From: Tricharina praecox | Taxonomy: Eukaryota | Reading direction: 5' to 3' | Length of the DNA stretch: 64,000 nt | Assembly (NCBI RefSeq): GCF_024521635.1 | Contig: NW_026250416.1 | Span: 806,001-870,000, forward strand | In this document: piece by piece, positions 62,817 to 64,000 of the stretch | Layout of the letters: each line of letters begins with the position of its first letter | Position numbering within the stretch: the first letter of the stretch is position 1 | The notes under the pieces: generated by a model | What the model was told of the DNA's origin: nothing | The model's database searches: none | What the model saw: the letters and a program-made list of their open reading frames with translations, nothing else | Program-made: the position numbers and the translations under genes

Positions 62817-63743
62817 CAACGAAGACCAGCACTGGCATGACAAGCGGCCTTCTACCCACTCTCCAGCGTCGACTGAAGAACTCGCGAGCCTGTGGTGCAG
62901 GTAGATGATGCGGACCCGCCGGTCGGGGTGGATGGCCTGAACACTGCGAGGTGAGACAAGGAGAAGGAGGGATGACAACAATCTCCGGAATTCTAGGCGT
63001 TTTGGGGTGCTTGCGATGGCGAGGCTTGGGGAGGGAGAAACAAAGGAACTTCATGATTGCGTGTCGATATTCTTCGGTGAAGTGAGTGTGATGGTGGCAT
63101 GGTCAGGGATATCGTTCTGTCTTGGGATGAAGTTGGCTGATGTAGTCTAGCGCAGGCATGTCATTCGTCCCTTGCTGCGCCATACATACGACTCCAGTAG
63201 AATCCGCACTCCACTGGCGTCTTCGTCTCTTCCACCGTGTGCTCGCAGTGTCGGGCGAGTACAGCCCCGCAATTCAGCTTATTTTCCCCTTATTGACAAG
63301 AGCAGACTCGCAGACTCGCCGTACCTCCGGTCACTGACTTCCAATAGCCTTCCACGAACGGCCCTCACGGTCCATATGGACGAAGTGCACAACACCGTCG
63401 CTCCCGCTCTCATTACCACTTTCCTCCTACTCACACCATCTTCTAAGCTTTATTTCCCCTGGCCCCATCGCCACATCCGCCCGTCATCACATCATCTTCG
63501 GGGGAAGTCTTCTCCTGCAGATAGACATGTTTCTGTGCACTACGGTCCTCCTGCAGATCCAGCATTGCTCAGTCTGCACCTCTGGATGTAGCATCTCCCT
63601 AGGACCATCCCCACGACCTCCGCCTAGTCGTCCTTGATTAACACCATCGCATTACAGCCCATCTCGGCGAACGCCCACAGTGAGTGGGAAAGCAGTGCGA
63701 CGGCTCCCCATAGGTTAAATCAGCTGCGTGCGAAATAAACTGA

Positions 63744-63746
<3 letters not shown>

Positions 63747-63789
<43 letters not shown>

Positions 63790-63808
63790 GTCTCTCTCTC
63801 TCTCTCTC

Positions 63809-63868
<60 letters not shown>
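63747..63868. repeat. Compound (CT)n/(CTGT) microsatellite
   Basis: Directly visible. Confidence 0.98.
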
Positions 63869-63869
<1 letters not shown>

Positions 63870-64000
63870 TTCCCGGGGAACGGCGCAGCCCGGCGGATAT
63901 GAGACTTGAATCCTTTCCGTTAGGTGGGGAGTGTCTAACGGCAGCAGAGATGTCAAGAGATTGCTGCAAAAGCGCATAAGGGTACGACTCTATTGCAAGC

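Noticed and set aside
63715..63979. ERER/SLSL ORFs
   Set aside because: Microsatellite artefacts.
1..64000. Starship captain (tyrosine recombinase), rRNA or tRNA genes
   Set aside because: No recognisable recombinase motifs or structural-RNA signatures seen by eye; tRNAscan/HMM searches would be needed to exclude them formally.

Overview
Eukaryotic, fungal (ascomycete, plausibly Pezizomycetes) genomic DNA. The evidence is short introns (~50-90 nt) with GTRAGT/GTAYGT donors, CTRAC/CTAAT branch sites and YAG acceptors, plus fungal-type transposon relics. It reads as an accessory, TE-rich region. Only two genes belong to clearly recognisable conserved families: a 7-exon NCS1 nucleobase permease (19862-21852, +) and an IPNS-like 2-oxoglutarate/Fe(II) dioxygenase (50431-51399, +). 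The rest comprises orphan multi-exon genes, two paralogous secreted Cys-rich proteins (Ecp2/Hce2-like), a hidden 58-aa Cys-rich microprotein and many mobile-element remnants. The remnants are a decayed Plavaka transposase facing a divergent DUF6532-like gene among several satellite arrays (~28-37 kb), two BED-finger hAT relics, a hAT MITE with an exact 8-bp TSD, a LINE 3' fragment and a probable MULE relic. The two ends of the window share diverged, inverted paralogous blocks. Family assignments come from motif recognition by eye, not database searches.
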